A stretch of DNA of 64,000 nt from Aulosira sp. ZfuVER01 (GTDB lineage: Bacteria > Cyanobacteriota > Cyanobacteriia > Cyanobacteriales > Nostocaceae): contig JAVRCV020000010.1 of NCBI GenBank assembly GCA_034530615.2, positions 1 through 64,000 on the forward strand. Direction: 5' to 3'. The notes beneath the pieces were generated by a model that was given only the letters and a program-made list of their open reading frames with translations, made no database searches and was not told the origin of the DNA. This document shows, one piece after another, positions 29,448-40,832 of this stretch. Each line of letters opens with the position of its first letter. Position 1 is the stretch's first letter. The position numbers and the translations under genes were made by a program.

Positions 29448-30086
29448 CACCAATTTGTGATTTTAGTATGAATTGTGACTTAAAGTCTCAATCACTAAAT
29501 CTCAACAGACAAGTATTGTGAAAGTATTGCTTGCCCTTCTACCTCATGTATTGATTGCATTCCTTTAATTGCCACAAAAATGTGGCTAATGACAAGAGCC
29601 AAAAGCTTGGGAATCTACAAAATAGAGGCGGAGAGGCTTACAGCCCATAACAATTTTCACCTACGCTATGGTGTTATGTTTATGCAAAATTGAACTGGAT
29701 TCTATATGGTATTTTGTGTTGTTTTATTCAACAGTCGAAATAAAGAATGTAGAAATAGCAGCGTAACTAGCAAAAAAAATCATGGCAGTCAGCATATAAT
29801 AATGCTCCTTTTATTTAGTAAAGTAATAGCTTAGAATTGTTACTTTAAATATATAACTATTTCCCAGTGTAAACATCTGCTAAAAAGACTATTTTATGAA
29901 GTAAGTTTTTGTCAAAAATGAACAAAATTAGCCAAAAAGAATTATATCTGAAGATATGTAAGCGAGAAGCGATCGCTTTTACACCCATCCCCAAAATACC
30001 CCGATCGCCAGGGCTACTGTACCAAAATAGACGGCACTAAAATCGTGATTAGCGCTAGCATGGCGATCGCTATTATTGGTTTGCTG

Positions 30087-30359
30087 ATGAACATAGGAAT
30101 AATTGAGCCTTACAGTGAGGGATTTCTAGAAGTTGTACCAGAGGGTGAAAGTAGCGACTATTGGCACATTGCAGCCATACACATCAATGGCAAAGCCTTT
30201 TGTCCTAGCCCGAAGCTTTATCGTTCAGAAAAGGTAGCATTAGCAAAAGCTGCACAAATTTATGATTGGATAGCTGAACATGAGTCAGAAATCATTGAGG
30301 GGGGTTGCTACTGCTCAAAGTTGCAGCTGATCCTATGGTATCAACCGAAAGCCTCTTAG
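30087..30359 (+). CDS. Hypothetical protein
   Basis: ORF track 30045..30359; ATG start MNIGII at 30087. Confidence 0.65.
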   Translation: MNIGIIEPYSEGFLEVVPEGESSDYWHIAAIHINGKAFCPSPKLYRSEKVALAKAAQIYDWIAEHESEIIEGGCYCSKLQLILWYQPKAS

Positions 30360-30563
30360 CTGACTAGTATGCGATCGGGGTGCGATCGCCATGACCATGA
30401 GCTTACTCTCATACAACCAGACACATCACTTTTTACACACAACTTTTAAAAAATCTTAGCGATCGCAGGCTGTGTAATTATAGTCTATAAGAATTCGATC
30501 TAAGTGCAGCAAGGCGTTTATGCGTCTATGCTCTTGAGCTTAATAAAGGATTTGGGTAGACAA

Positions 30564-31466
30564 GTGAGAAAAATCTGGCTGCTGGGTTTGACACTAGTTA
30601 GTTTCGGGATGCCGCTATTATTTAAGTTGCATTCATCTATATCGGTAGTGTCAAAGGTTGTACCTTCACCACCAAAAACCATCCGCTACGAACAGCGCAC
30701 CCTACCACAAAGCATAGTTCATATCTTGTCAATTCAAACTGATAGCCGATTTTTGGTAACACCTGTAATATCACCCAAAGTCGCTACTGTAGAAGAATTT
30801 GCCCAGAAATATCCAGCCAAAGCCATCTTAAACGCCGGGTTTTTTGACCCAGTTAATCAAAAATCTACATCCCATGTAGTTCTCTCTGGTCGTGTAGTAG
30901 CCGATCCCAAAGATAATGAACGGCTGGTGAACAATCCCAACTTAAAACCTTACCTTAGTAAGATTTTCAATCGCGCAGAATTCCGCCGCTATCTTTGCGG
31001 TGAAACTGTCACCTATGATATTGTTCTGCATAGCGAATCACCATTAGCAGGGTGTCAGTTAGTCGATGCTGTAGGCGGTGGCCCAGGTCTGTTACCAGAA
31101 CTCACCTCAGAACAAGAAGCCTTTGTAGATAAAGCCAACGGAAAAGATGCAATTGGCAGCAATCAACCTAATTCTAGAAGCGCTGTCGGGATTACTGATG
31201 ATGGCAGCATTGTTTTAGTAATGGTAGCTCAAAAGCCAAACACCCGTCTTGCTAAATCTGGAATGTCCTTACCAGAATTAGCAGATTTTATGAAAACTCT
31301 TGGTGCAAAAAAAGCCATGAATTTAGATGGCGGGAGTTCTTCTTCACTTTATTACAACGGCAAGACAGTTTACGGGAAGCTAAATATTGTCAGAAAACCA
31401 ATCAAGCGACAGGTAAAATCAGTTTTATTAGTTCAGGAAAATCAGAAACTAGATAGCAAAAACTAA
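30564..31466 (+). CDS. Phosphodiester glycosidase family protein (NAGPA/DUF2233)
   Basis: LNAGFFD, GGGP.L, RSAVG, AMNLDGGSSS. Start uncertain (30504-30564). Confidence 0.88.
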   Translation: MRKIWLLGLTLVSFGMPLLFKLHSSISVVSKVVPSPPKTIRYEQRTLPQSIVHILSIQTDSRFLVTPVISPKVATVEEFAQKYPAKAILNAGFFDPVNQKSTSHVVLSGRVVADPKDNERLVNNPNLKPYLSKIFNRAEFRRYLCGETVTYDIVLHSESPLAGCQLVDAVGGGPGLLPELTSEQEAFVDKANGKDAIGSNQPNSRSAVGITDDGSIVLVMVAQKPNTRLAKSGMSLPELADFMKTLGAKKAMNLDGGSSSSLYYNGKTVYGKLNIVRKPIKRQVKSVLLVQENQKLDSKN

Positions 31467-31634
31467 CACTTATTGCTGTCAATATTAGACTTATTGCAAA
31501 CATCTGCATAATACCAATTTGAAAAAATCGGTATTTATCTGTGGTTCGATATCTCAAAAATTGGCTTATGCAAGAGCGATCGCCCGCCCAATGGTATTGT
31601 AAGGAATGTTCACCTGGCGCATGAGAGGGTTAAT

Positions 31635-33320
31635 ATGCCAGATGTTCGGTTTAATCAATACTACCGTTACGCAGACCTGACAAGCATCTTGCATAGTTAT
31701 GCTGAGGAATTTCCTCATCTGGTACGCATAGAAAGCATTGGCAAGAGTTATGAAGGTCGTGACATCTGGCTTTTGACTGTTACGAATTTCACCACAGGCT
31801 TAGGCCAAGAAAAACCCGCCCTCTGGGTTGATGGCAATATCCACGCCGTAGAATTAGCACCGTCGATTGTTTGCCTGTACCTACTGCAAACATTAGTTAC
31901 CGCTTACGGCACTCATGCAGATATTACTCGTTGTTTGGACACCCGCACCTTCTACATTTGCCCGCGTGTTAACCCTGATGGTGCGGAGTGGGCTTTGGCT
32001 GACAAACCAAAATTTATTCGTTCTGCTACCCGTTCCTATCCTGAAGGTAGAGAAAGCAACGATGGTTTAGTCATGGAAGACATCGATGGCGATGGTCGGA
32101 TTTTACTCATGCGTATCCCCGATGCTAATGGTGGGTGGAAAATCTGCCCAACAGAACCCCGTTTATTGGTGCGTCGTGAACCAACGGAAATCGATGGTCA
32201 ATATTATCGACTTTTCCCAGAAGGACGAATAGAAAATTACGATGGAGTGCAGATTAATATTCAACCAACCCCAGAAGGGTTAGACTTGAACCGCAATTTT
32301 CCGGTGATGTGGCGACAAGAATTTCAGCAAGCAGGGGCTGGCCCCTATCCCACATCAGAAACAGAAGTGCGATCGCTTGTCCAATTTATTACGACTCATC
32401 CTAACATTACTGGCGCTATATCTTTTCACACTTTTGGCGGTGTACTCATCCGTCCATACAGCTACGACAGCGATGAGGAATTCGCTGTTCATGACCTGCG
32501 CACCTATCAATATATTGGTAAAAAAGGTACTGAAATTACTGCATACCCAGCTATTTCTGCTTTTCATGACTTTCGCTACGATCCCAAAGATTATGTCTCT
32601 GGTGCTTTCGATGATTGGGCTTATGACGAACGCGGAGTATTTACTTGGACTGTAGAAGTTTGGAGTCCGCAAAGCCAAGCCGGAATTAAAGACTATAAAC
32701 ACGTCGAATGGTATCGAGAACATCCATTAGAAGATGAACTGAAGCTGTTACGCTGGAACGATGAACAACTCTCCGGTCAGGGATATGTTGACTGGTATAC
32801 CTTCAACCATCCCCAACTTGGTCAGGTAGAATTAGGCGGTTGGGATGCTATGTATGCGTGGAGTAATCCACCCCCAGAGTTTTTAGAGAAAGAGATAGCC
32901 CGCTTTCCTGATTGGTTAGTATGGCATCTGTTAATCTCCCCGCGCTTGGAGATTTATGAAGCTAGCGTCCGCAACTTAGGTAACGATCTGTATCTAGTAC
33001 GGCTGGTAGTGCAGAATGCAGGCTGGCTACCTACCTACGTTACTCAAAAAGCTTTAGAGAAAAAGCTAGTAAGAGGCTGTATCTGTGAAATTGAATTACC
33101 CGATCGCGCAACTTTGGAAATAGGTAAAATCTGTGAAGAATTAGGACAATTAGAAGGACGCGCTTATCAGCCTTCATATCCTACTAGGCGGCAGAGCGAC
33201 CCTACTCAAGACCGAGCAAAGGTAGAATGGGTGGTACGTGGAACTTTAGGTAGCACAGTTAAACTTTTAGCCCGTCATGAACGTGCGGGAGTTGTCCATA
33301 CTGAGGTGAAATTAGTTTAA
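31635..33320 (+). CDS. M14 family zinc carboxypeptidase
   Basis: IGKSYEGR, HAVE zinc motif, NPDG, DLNRNF, SFH. Confidence 0.92.
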   Translation: MPDVRFNQYYRYADLTSILHSYAEEFPHLVRIESIGKSYEGRDIWLLTVTNFTTGLGQEKPALWVDGNIHAVELAPSIVCLYLLQTLVTAYGTHADITRCLDTRTFYICPRVNPDGAEWALADKPKFIRSATRSYPEGRESNDGLVMEDIDGDGRILLMRIPDANGGWKICPTEPRLLVRREPTEIDGQYYRLFPEGRIENYDGVQINIQPTPEGLDLNRNFPVMWRQEFQQAGAGPYPTSETEVRSLVQFITTHPNITGAISFHTFGGVLIRPYSYDSDEEFAVHDLRTYQYIGKKGTEITAYPAISAFHDFRYDPKDYVSGAFDDWAYDERGVFTWTVEVWSPQSQAGIKDYKHVEWYREHPLEDELKLLRWNDEQLSGQGYVDWYTFNHPQLGQVELGGWDAMYAWSNPPPEFLEKEIARFPDWLVWHLLISPRLEIYEASVRNLGNDLYLVRLVVQNAGWLPTYVTQKALEKKLVRGCICEIELPDRATLEIGKICEELGQLEGRAYQPSYPTRRQSDPTQDRAKVEWVVRGTLGSTVKLLARHERAGVVHTEVKLV

Positions 33321-33383
33321 CGATCTCCTGATTGCCGATGCCAAAAATTGGTAGAGTTTTTAAGAAATACCCATCTACAAACA

Positions 33384-33491
33384 ATGAATAACGACGTTGT
33401 GATTTTTCTTATCAGTGCAGCTCTAATTGTGGTCTATCTAGTGTTCTCAGCATTAACTGAGATGGGGACAAAGCTACCTTGGAAGAAGTAG
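33384..33491 (+). CDS. 35-aa single-TM small protein; absent from the ORF track
   Basis: Hand translation MNNDVVIFLISAALIVVYLVFSALTEMGTKLPWKK: hydrophobic helix plus basic tail. Confidence 0.55.
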   Translation: MNNDVVIFLISAALIVVYLVFSALTEMGTKLPWKK

Positions 33492-33494
33492 AGA

Positions 33495-33591
33495 CTAGTA
33501 CCGCTGCGCGGAAGACAAAAGTCAAAATAAATACAGCGTAAGTATTTCGTTAATTTGGAATGGGTGGTTTATTTACGCCGTGCTGTACTTG
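33495..33591. mobile_element. 97-bp CTAG-bounded miniature element, copy 2
   Basis: CTAGTACCGCTGCGCGGAAG...TTTATTTACGCCGTGCTGTACTTG; inverted homologue of 305-401. Confidence 0.65.
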
Positions 33592-33624
33592 GATCTAGGG
33601 TTTTAATTTTTGATCAAAATATTT

Positions 33625-34515
33625 TTAAGTATTTTGTTGCCAAAATAAACATTCTCTTTGTTGCTCTGAAAGATTATTTTTTAATAAGAGTAAATCTTCA
33701 TTTGGTAGAGATAAATTGCCATAGAATGACTGTTGTTGCAATCTAGAAGTGTAATCAAAAAAAACAGATAATCTATCATCGGCTACAGGTAACTTTCCGC
33801 GATGAAAGATACTACCAGTTGCAGCAAAAACTACTGTACCAGCGGAACCTAGACAGGATTTATATTCAGAAGGTGATATCACCTTTTGCATGGTTGTATC
33901 TTGGATGTAGCCATAATTATATTTAAGTGAGCGAGCCACTGATGAACTCAAAGATGTGGGAATATATTGAAATGGCCCGTTATCTTCATTCATATCATGC
34001 AAATAAACAATAATTTTTAGTACTTTTCTATCTTCTTTATCTATATGCCATAGTCTGGATTTTTGCTTTACGTGATTAGCGATATCTCTACGCAGATACG
34101 CTCCATGATAGGCTACTGGTAAGCCAAGGTAAGTTTCTACTATATTAATTAAGCGTTGTTCTAACCCCCATAAAAAAATTTCTGGGTATGTCATTATTTG
34201 TTGGGGAGTAGCATGAACAACGAATTCATTTTTATTACCTATGTTATTAGGTGGTATTTGATGCATCAGGTTTTGTGCTGCCTGAAACATACTAGAAGTC
34301 GATGGTATTCCCAAAGCATCCAATGAAGTAATTACAACTCCTTCATTGTTGATGGTTTCGATGAGATTCATCTCAGTAGAAGAAATTACAGGCAATTTTG
34401 TAATATGTTTGGCCACTGCTTCCTGATACTCAATTTCAGCTTGATGTTGTAAAAATGGCAGGTTATAAATATTTCTCAGAAATCGATTTTGTATCTTTTG
34501 CAGCAGGATACTCAT
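33625..34515 (-). CDS. 2OG-Fe(II) oxygenase superfamily protein (PhyH-like)
   Basis: WHID (HxD), YLHD...GPFQYI, GTVVF...IFHRG. Confidence 0.8.
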   Translation of the reverse strand: MSILLQKIQNRFLRNIYNLPFLQHQAEIEYQEAVAKHITKLPVISSTEMNLIETINNEGVVITSLDALGIPSTSSMFQAAQNLMHQIPPNNIGNKNEFVVHATPQQIMTYPEIFLWGLEQRLINIVETYLGLPVAYHGAYLRRDIANHVKQKSRLWHIDKEDRKVLKIIVYLHDMNEDNGPFQYIPTSLSSSVARSLKYNYGYIQDTTMQKVISPSEYKSCLGSAGTVVFAATGSIFHRGKLPVADDRLSVFFDYTSRLQQQSFYGNLSLPNEDLLLLKNNLSEQQRECLFWQQNT

Positions 34516-34733
34516 ATTATGTTTATTCAGCTTATATATAAGCTATATCAGGATAGGTTATTGTAATTAGATTTATATTAATTTGTCCAAGGATTTAACT
34601 ATGAATTGGCAAAAATTTATCATTGCTTTATATAGCAATCCTATTTGATCCCCGAAATCACTCATAGAGTGAGGGAATAGGGAATAGGAAAGAAGGGACG
34701 TTAAAGTGTACGGAATTTGTTCAAAAATCTAAG

Positions 34734-34842
34734 TAGTGGCGTGTCTAGGCTAAAGTTATACATTAGATTTCTAATTTCTAGGGCGCTAAAGCGCAACTAC
34801 GAACATTTTTTATTGCACTATTTTAGCCTTGCCACGCCAGTA
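34734..34842. mobile_element. TA-flanked MITE
   Basis: TAGTGGCGTGTCTAGGCTAAA ... TTTAGCCTTGCCACGCCAGTA imperfect TIRs. Confidence 0.65.
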
Positions 34843-34905
34843 GGGTATGTTATGGCATAGCCTAACGCACCAAGACTGTTGGGTGGTACTTTAGGACAAA
34901 GACTA

Positions 34906-35012
34906 ATACCATTTCACTTTAAAAATGATACAAATACGTGGTAGAGAGTTTAACATTGCTAAACCCCTACGAAAAATCTATCTATATTAGTAGAATTTTC
35001 GTGAATTGGTAT
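34906..35012. mobile_element. MITE-like dispersed repeat with internal REP-like hairpin
   Basis: ATACCATTTCAC...GTGAATTGGTAT ends. A partial inverted copy lies at about 57048-57120. Confidence 0.6.
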
Positions 35013-36093
35013 AACTACGTGTATTTCAAAAATTAAATAGTAATCCTATGCATATTTAGATAATTTAATAACTATATAAAGCTATTGAGAACCAATGTCC
35101 TCAGCCAATATTTTTTACTGTGTTTTTAGCCATAAATGAAATTAATGCATTAACATTTATCCAACCTCAGCAGGATGTCAGTTTTGCAAAATTGCAATTA
35201 TATGAGGATGAAGTTGTAAATCTGAAATTCTTTTCTCTAGAGAATTATCAACAAAAGACTTAAGTGAAAAAACTATTTTATAATCTGATTTATAAATATA
35301 TAAATCTATAACAATAGCAGATAAAAAAGAAAAATACCAGACTAATAAAGTGCAGTAGCTCAGAAAATCGGCATTTTCAAGTTGGAATTGTAAATGAGCG
35401 AATTTTGCAGAGCAGTACTAGACTTTGATCGTGGTTTAAGTTTGGAAGTGCGATCGCCATTTTCTGGTCTAAGCTTGTCCATGCGCTTCCATGCTTAACG
35501 ATTTACCGCTGCTGTCAACTATCTAAGGAGGGAAAAAACCCTGTATAAATCTAGCCTTTAGCTAGTTGTAGGATGAAGATAGCAGATGAAAAATATTAAC
35601 TATGTGGATAATGCACTTTCTCTTGTTTTAATACTAGACTCATGCAACTTAAGATTGATGTGATTAGGTTTGTTCAAGACGTTAAGACGGCTAATAAATA
35701 CCCATTTTTTGGAAGACTACATTAACTAAAACTGATAAAGTCATGAATTTATACTAAGATTTTCATGGTTGTTGAAAATCTCAGATAGTCTTAGTAGCTT
35801 TTTGATACTGAGTTTTATCTGTAGTTCTTGAAAAGCTCAACTCTCATCACACACTTAGGGTTGCTCTTTGGGGCAAACATTGGGCAAGACGTTCTGAAAT
35901 GCAAGGGTAGGTGGCTATATTGGTAGATTTTGAAACTTTAAAGGATTTAACACTTCGCATTCGTAGTTTTAGCCAAGAGGCAAAGCTAATCCTCATCCCA
36001 ATATCTGTGCCCACTTAACCTTGCATACAGAACTTTCCAAGATGCAATCAATCACTTAAGCAACAGCTCTACTTGTTTTTGGAGGATATTTTC

Positions 36094-37752
36094 ATGTTTA
36101 GTTGGTTTCGTAGCTCATTAGTCAAGAGCAGTTTGCTAGCTTTGGGAGTAATATCTGCAACATTAACTCCTATTGTAATTTCTATCCCTGCTTCAGCTCA
36201 AAATACTCAAAACACTGCTCAAGCACCAGGTGCAACATCTAACTTGACTGATGTTAGTTCCAATTACTGGGCAAGTCCATTTATTGTCGCCTTAGCCCAA
36301 AAAAACGTAATTGCAGGGTTTCCCGATGGCACTTTTAAGCCGGATCAGGCTGTGACTCGTGCGCAATTCGCCGCCATGATTCAAAAAGCTTTTAACCAAA
36401 ACCCAGTTAGACAATTAAGTTCTGGGGGATTTTCAGATGTTCCATCTAATTACTGGGCGGCGGAAGCAATTCGCAAAGCCTACGAAATGGGATTTATGTC
36501 AGGCTATCCTAATAACCAGTTTTTGCCCGATCAACAAATTCCTAAGGTACAGGCGATCGTTGCTTTATCCACTGGCTTGGGTTTAACTAGTAGTGAAAGT
36601 GCATCTAGTGTGTTGACCACTTATTACTCAGATGCAACATCAGTGCCAGATTATGCTGTGAATAGTGTAGCAGCCGCAACACAAAGCAATATTGTTGTTA
36701 ACTATCCAGAAGTCAAACAACTGAATCCTCAAAGGACTTTAACACGTGCCGAAGCAGCAGCACTTTTGTATCAAGCTTTGGTAAAACAAGGACAGCTACA
36801 ACCTATTGCTAGCAATCTCCCTGCTGCTAGTTATATTGTTGCAGGTGGTACTACTCAACCTGGTGGTACCGACATCGTTTCCTTAGCTGCATCTAGCGGT
36901 TCTTTTACAACCCTGACTTCTTTATTAAAAACCGCAGGGTTGGCAGATATCTTACAACAACCAGGCCCGTATACTGTTTTTGCTCCCACCGATCAAGCAT
37001 TTGCGGCGTTACCACCTGGAACTTTACAGCAGTTACAGCTACCAGAAAATCGAGAAACGTTGATTAAGCTGTTGAGATACCACGTAGTTTCTGGTCAATT
37101 AACTTCTAGTCAATTATCGACTGGGCCAATCAAGACAATTGAGGATGAATCTATCAACGTTAAGGTTGATACTGCCAACAATAAAATTGCAGTCAACGAT
37201 GCACAAGTTATCCAGGCGAATGTACAAGCCAGCAATGGTGTGATCCATGCAATTAACCAAGTCCTGATTCCGGCTAACCTCACTGGTCAGAAACCAGAAA
37301 CTCCTACTACTGGAGAAACTCCCGCAGGTACACCACGTAGAGGTCTCCTTGGTGGTACTAGCTATATAGGAGCTGGTGGTAACATTGGTTTAACTGGTAA
37401 TAACTCTCTAAGTGTAGGTAACTTCGCAGTCATCAGCAAATTGGGTCTGACACGTAATATCTCACTACGTCCCTCAGCAATTTTTGGAGATGAGACACTA
37501 ATTCTAGTGCCCATCACTTTCGATTTTGCCTCACAAGCAGCTCCTGTGGCTGGGCAAACATTCTCAATATCTCCATTCATTGGTGGAGGCGTAGCCATTG
37601 ATACTTCTGGCGACACGGATATTGCTGCTATGGCAACTGGTGGTGTAGACGTTCCTTTAGGTTCTCGTTTTACACTCACAGGTGCTGTGAATGCCGCCTT
37701 TTTTGATGAAACTAGTGTAGGTTTAACATTAGGAGTTGGTTATAACTTCTAA
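36094..37752 (+). CDS. SLH-domain + fasciclin (FAS1) + C-terminal beta-barrel-like envelope protein
   Basis: GGAGGA RBS. SLH motifs (GFPDGTFKPDQAVTRAQ), FAS1 motifs YTVFAPTDQAF and NGVIHAINQVL, terminal GVGYNF. Confidence 0.88.
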   Translation: MFSWFRSSLVKSSLLALGVISATLTPIVISIPASAQNTQNTAQAPGATSNLTDVSSNYWASPFIVALAQKNVIAGFPDGTFKPDQAVTRAQFAAMIQKAFNQNPVRQLSSGGFSDVPSNYWAAEAIRKAYEMGFMSGYPNNQFLPDQQIPKVQAIVALSTGLGLTSSESASSVLTTYYSDATSVPDYAVNSVAAATQSNIVVNYPEVKQLNPQRTLTRAEAAALLYQALVKQGQLQPIASNLPAASYIVAGGTTQPGGTDIVSLAASSGSFTTLTSLLKTAGLADILQQPGPYTVFAPTDQAFAALPPGTLQQLQLPENRETLIKLLRYHVVSGQLTSSQLSTGPIKTIEDESINVKVDTANNKIAVNDAQVIQANVQASNGVIHAINQVLIPANLTGQKPETPTTGETPAGTPRRGLLGGTSYIGAGGNIGLTGNNSLSVGNFAVISKLGLTRNISLRPSAIFGDETLILVPITFDFASQAAPVAGQTFSISPFIGGGVAIDTSGDTDIAAMATGGVDVPLGSRFTLTGAVNAAFFDETSVGLTLGVGYNF

Positions 37753-37856
37753 TTCGTAATTAAAAATTCGTGAATTACGAATTAATTATGAATTAATTAA
37801 TTCAACCAGAACATAAGGTTTTACAGGGGCGATCGCATTTCCCATCCTCCCCCCAA

Positions 37857-37896
37857 AGTCCACAGTCAACCAAGCCCAAATGGTTAGCTGTGGACT
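37857..37896. terminator. Hairpin between convergent genes
   Basis: AGTCCACAGTCAACCA...TGGTTAGCTGTGGACT. Confidence 0.55.
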
Positions 37897-37910
37897 CTTT
37901 GATTGACTAA

Positions 37911-40439
37911 TTAAACTTCCGCTGGATGTTGTTCTTGTTGCCTTTCAACAAACATTTGCACGCGGGTGCGATAGTTTCTTAAGGTTTCATCTACCCAGTT
38001 GCGTTCATTGCTGTTTGCGAACAGATGTACTACAGGTTCGCTGGCATCTGGTAAAACTAACAGCCAGCTGTCGTCATGAGGTTGACCAATTTTTACCCCA
38101 TCGATCAGTTCCAGGTTTTGGGCGGGGTGAGTTTCGACCAAATAACGCATCAGCGCACCCTTAGCACTCCAAGGACAGCGTACTGTATGCGATCTGTGAA
38201 CTACACGGGGTAATTCGGCGCGCACAGTAGCTAGCGATCGCTCTTGGATAGTTAGCATCTCAATCAGCTTGGCAATACAGAACATCGCATCAAATCCCGG
38301 ATGCAGATGCGGGAAGATAAAACCAGTATCCCCACTACCAGCCAAAACCACATTGGGATATTTCTGTGAAGCCTCCATTAAAGCTGTCGGGTTGGCTTTG
38401 GTGCGGATGACTTTACCATCGTGGCGGCGGGCAACTTGTTCCACAGCACTAGAAGCATGAACTGGTACAACTACCGCTCCTCTGGGGTTAGAGGTTAAAA
38501 TCATGTCCACCATCAAGGCTGTTAACATTTCCCCACGAATTGGGATGCCGGATTCATCTACTAAAATCAGCTGTTCCCCATTCGCTGATACTTGGACACC
38601 AAAGTTAGCCTTTAACGCCTCCACCACATGACCTAGCTGAGTTAATAGTCCTTCACGCTCTGCTGTTGATATAGCGTGTTTATTCAGACTGGCATTCAAA
38701 ACTACAGCATCTGCACCAAATTGATCTAACATTTGGGGTAGCACTGCCCCAGTCACAGAATAAACGTAGTCAATCACCACTTTTGCCCGACTGTTACGCA
38801 GAGTAGAAACATGCAATAGTTTTTCAAAAGCAGTGCAGTAAAGATCGTTGACTTGGCTAGGATAGGCAACATCACCAATTTCATGAATTTGCGCCCGCCG
38901 CATATCTTCTTTAAAGTAAGCCCCTTCGATTTTCTTTTCTTGGGCTTTGGAGATATTAATCCCCTTATTATCCATGAATTCAATCAGGATATAGTCAGGG
39001 CGATCGGGGTGTACTCGCACGTGAATCCCGCCAACTACCGACATTGTGGGGATAACTGTGCGAGCTATTGGTACAGCCGTGGCATCGAGGTTTTGAATAT
39101 CAACCCCGACTGACATTAAACCAGCAATGAGCGATCGCGTTACCATACGCGATACATTCCGCTGATCCCGAGAAACCGTTACCTTAGAGCCTGGTTTCAA
39201 AGTGGAACCGTAAGCTGCTCCCAACTTCACCGCAAATTCGGGCGTGATATCAACATTGGCTAACCCCTGTACACCACGTTGCCCGAATAAATTTCTTTGG
39301 GCAGTATTCCCCCAAATCAAATTGATATTTAAAATCGCACCTGACTCAATTTTTTTACTAGGCCAAACTCTGACACCAGGGCTGATTTGGGCTTCCTCGC
39401 CTACAGTAGAAAGCGAACCCACTACAGATGCTTCTAATACATGAGCGCGGCGGTCAACACGGGTACCACGGGAAATCACACAAGCGGAAAGTTGTGCTTC
39501 CTCGCCAATAATTGCCCCATTCCAAACAATTGGGCGCTTCAAATTTGCATCAGCACCAATAGTTACATTGTCCCCAATTATAGTTCCGGCTTCAATTTGT
39601 ACCCTTGCCCCAATCCGGCAATTGTCACCAATCACGGCAGGTGTTTCAATAATAGCTGTGTGGTCAATATAGGTGTTTTGACCTTTCCATATACCTGCAG
39701 AAAATTCTTTGTAAGCAAAGTCGAGTTTTACCTTGCCATATAGCGCATCATACTGAGCTTCACGATAGGCATCTAAATGACCAACATCGCACCAATAACC
39801 TTGAGCAATGTAGCCATACATTGGCTCATTTTTTTCCAGTAATAAGGGGAATAAGTCTTTGGAAAAGTCGCATTCTGTGTTTTCTGGCAGGTATTCTAAA
39901 ACTTCTGGTTCGAGAATGTAAGTACCTGTATTGACGGTATCAGAGAAAATTTCACTAGTAGAGGGTTTTTCTAAAAATCGATTGATCCGGCCTTCTTCAT
40001 CGGTAATCACTACACCAAATTCAATCGGGTTGGGGACGCGGGTCAAAATCAAAGTAGCTTTTGACTGTTTTTGTTTGTGAAATTCAATTGCTGCTGTTAA
40101 ATCAAAGTCTGTTATGCTATCACCACTAATTACTAAGAAGGTTTCATCTAGGAGTTCGGCAATATTTTTCACACAACCAGCCGTCCCAAGAGGTTGGTCT
40201 TCTTCTACGGCATAGGTCATCTGCACGCCAAAATCACTGCCATCTTGAAAGTAGTCTCGCAAGACATCAGGTAAATAATGCAGTGTCGCAATTACTTCTG
40301 TGATTTGATGCCGTTTGAGGAGATTGATGATATGTTCGGCAATCGGTCGATTTAAGATGGGCACCATCGGTTTGGGTAAATCGCAAGTTAACGGGCGAAG
40401 CCGCGTTCCCGAACCGCCTGCCATCAGCACTGCACGCAT
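37911..40439 (-). CDS. Mannose-1-phosphate guanylyltransferase / phosphomannomutase-like fusion
   Basis: [15 protein letters not shown] nucleotidyltransferase motif, hexapeptide repeats, then a PGM/PMM-like region (LFGQRGVQG). Confidence 0.92.
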   Translation of the reverse strand: MRAVLMAGGSGTRLRPLTCDLPKPMVPILNRPIAEHIINLLKRHQITEVIATLHYLPDVLRDYFQDGSDFGVQMTYAVEEDQPLGTAGCVKNIAELLDETFLVISGDSITDFDLTAAIEFHKQKQSKATLILTRVPNPIEFGVVITDEEGRINRFLEKPSTSEIFSDTVNTGTYILEPEVLEYLPENTECDFSKDLFPLLLEKNEPMYGYIAQGYWCDVGHLDAYREAQYDALYGKVKLDFAYKEFSAGIWKGQNTYIDHTAIIETPAVIGDNCRIGARVQIEAGTIIGDNVTIGADANLKRPIVWNGAIIGEEAQLSACVISRGTRVDRRAHVLEASVVGSLSTVGEEAQISPGVRVWPSKKIESGAILNINLIWGNTAQRNLFGQRGVQGLANVDITPEFAVKLGAAYGSTLKPGSKVTVSRDQRNVSRMVTRSLIAGLMSVGVDIQNLDATAVPIARTVIPTMSVVGGIHVRVHPDRPDYILIEFMDNKGINISKAQEKKIEGAYFKEDMRRAQIHEIGDVAYPSQVNDLYCTAFEKLLHVSTLRNSRAKVVIDYVYSVTGAVLPQMLDQFGADAVVLNASLNKHAISTAEREGLLTQLGHVVEALKANFGVQVSANGEQLILVDESGIPIRGEMLTALMVDMILTSNPRGAVVVPVHASSAVEQVARRHDGKVIRTKANPTALMEASQKYPNVVLAGSGDTGFIFPHLHPGFDAMFCIAKLIEMLTIQERSLATVRAELPRVVHRSHTVRCPWSAKGALMRYLVETHPAQNLELIDGVKIGQPHDDSWLLVLPDASEPVVHLFANSNERNWVDETLRNYRTRVQMFVERQQEQHPAEV

Positions 40440-40832
40440 AAATCCTCCTTAGCTGTTTGCAGCATTTGCTGCGTCAAGACCCGCAATATACGTTGTGTTC
40501 TTCTTACTCTAGTCTCCTATGGATGTTGATATTTGAGTAACTCCCACAAGATGCATCTGATCAAATCAAAGCATATATACTTATTCTTATAGAATAGGCT
40601 GCTAGGAAACAGAAAGTTAACAAACCCCGTGGAAATGTTGGGTTTTGTTCCTCAAACGCCACTTGCTTCAAACCGGGAAACCCACGCAACCCAGTGGCTC
40701 ATCAACCTACACAAATTTAAGGTTTTTGACGCTAAAACCAAGCGTATTAGGTTATAAGAACACTGCAAGTTCCAACTAAGATTTTCAGTTCATCAAAAAC
40801 TGGCATTGCATAGTTGACAATCAGCCAGTTTC

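Noticed and set aside
35050..36070. Possible riboswitch or ncRNA in the long leader of the SLH-fasciclin gene
   Set aside because: No recognisable conserved RNA motif by eye; an Rfam/Infernal scan would be needed.
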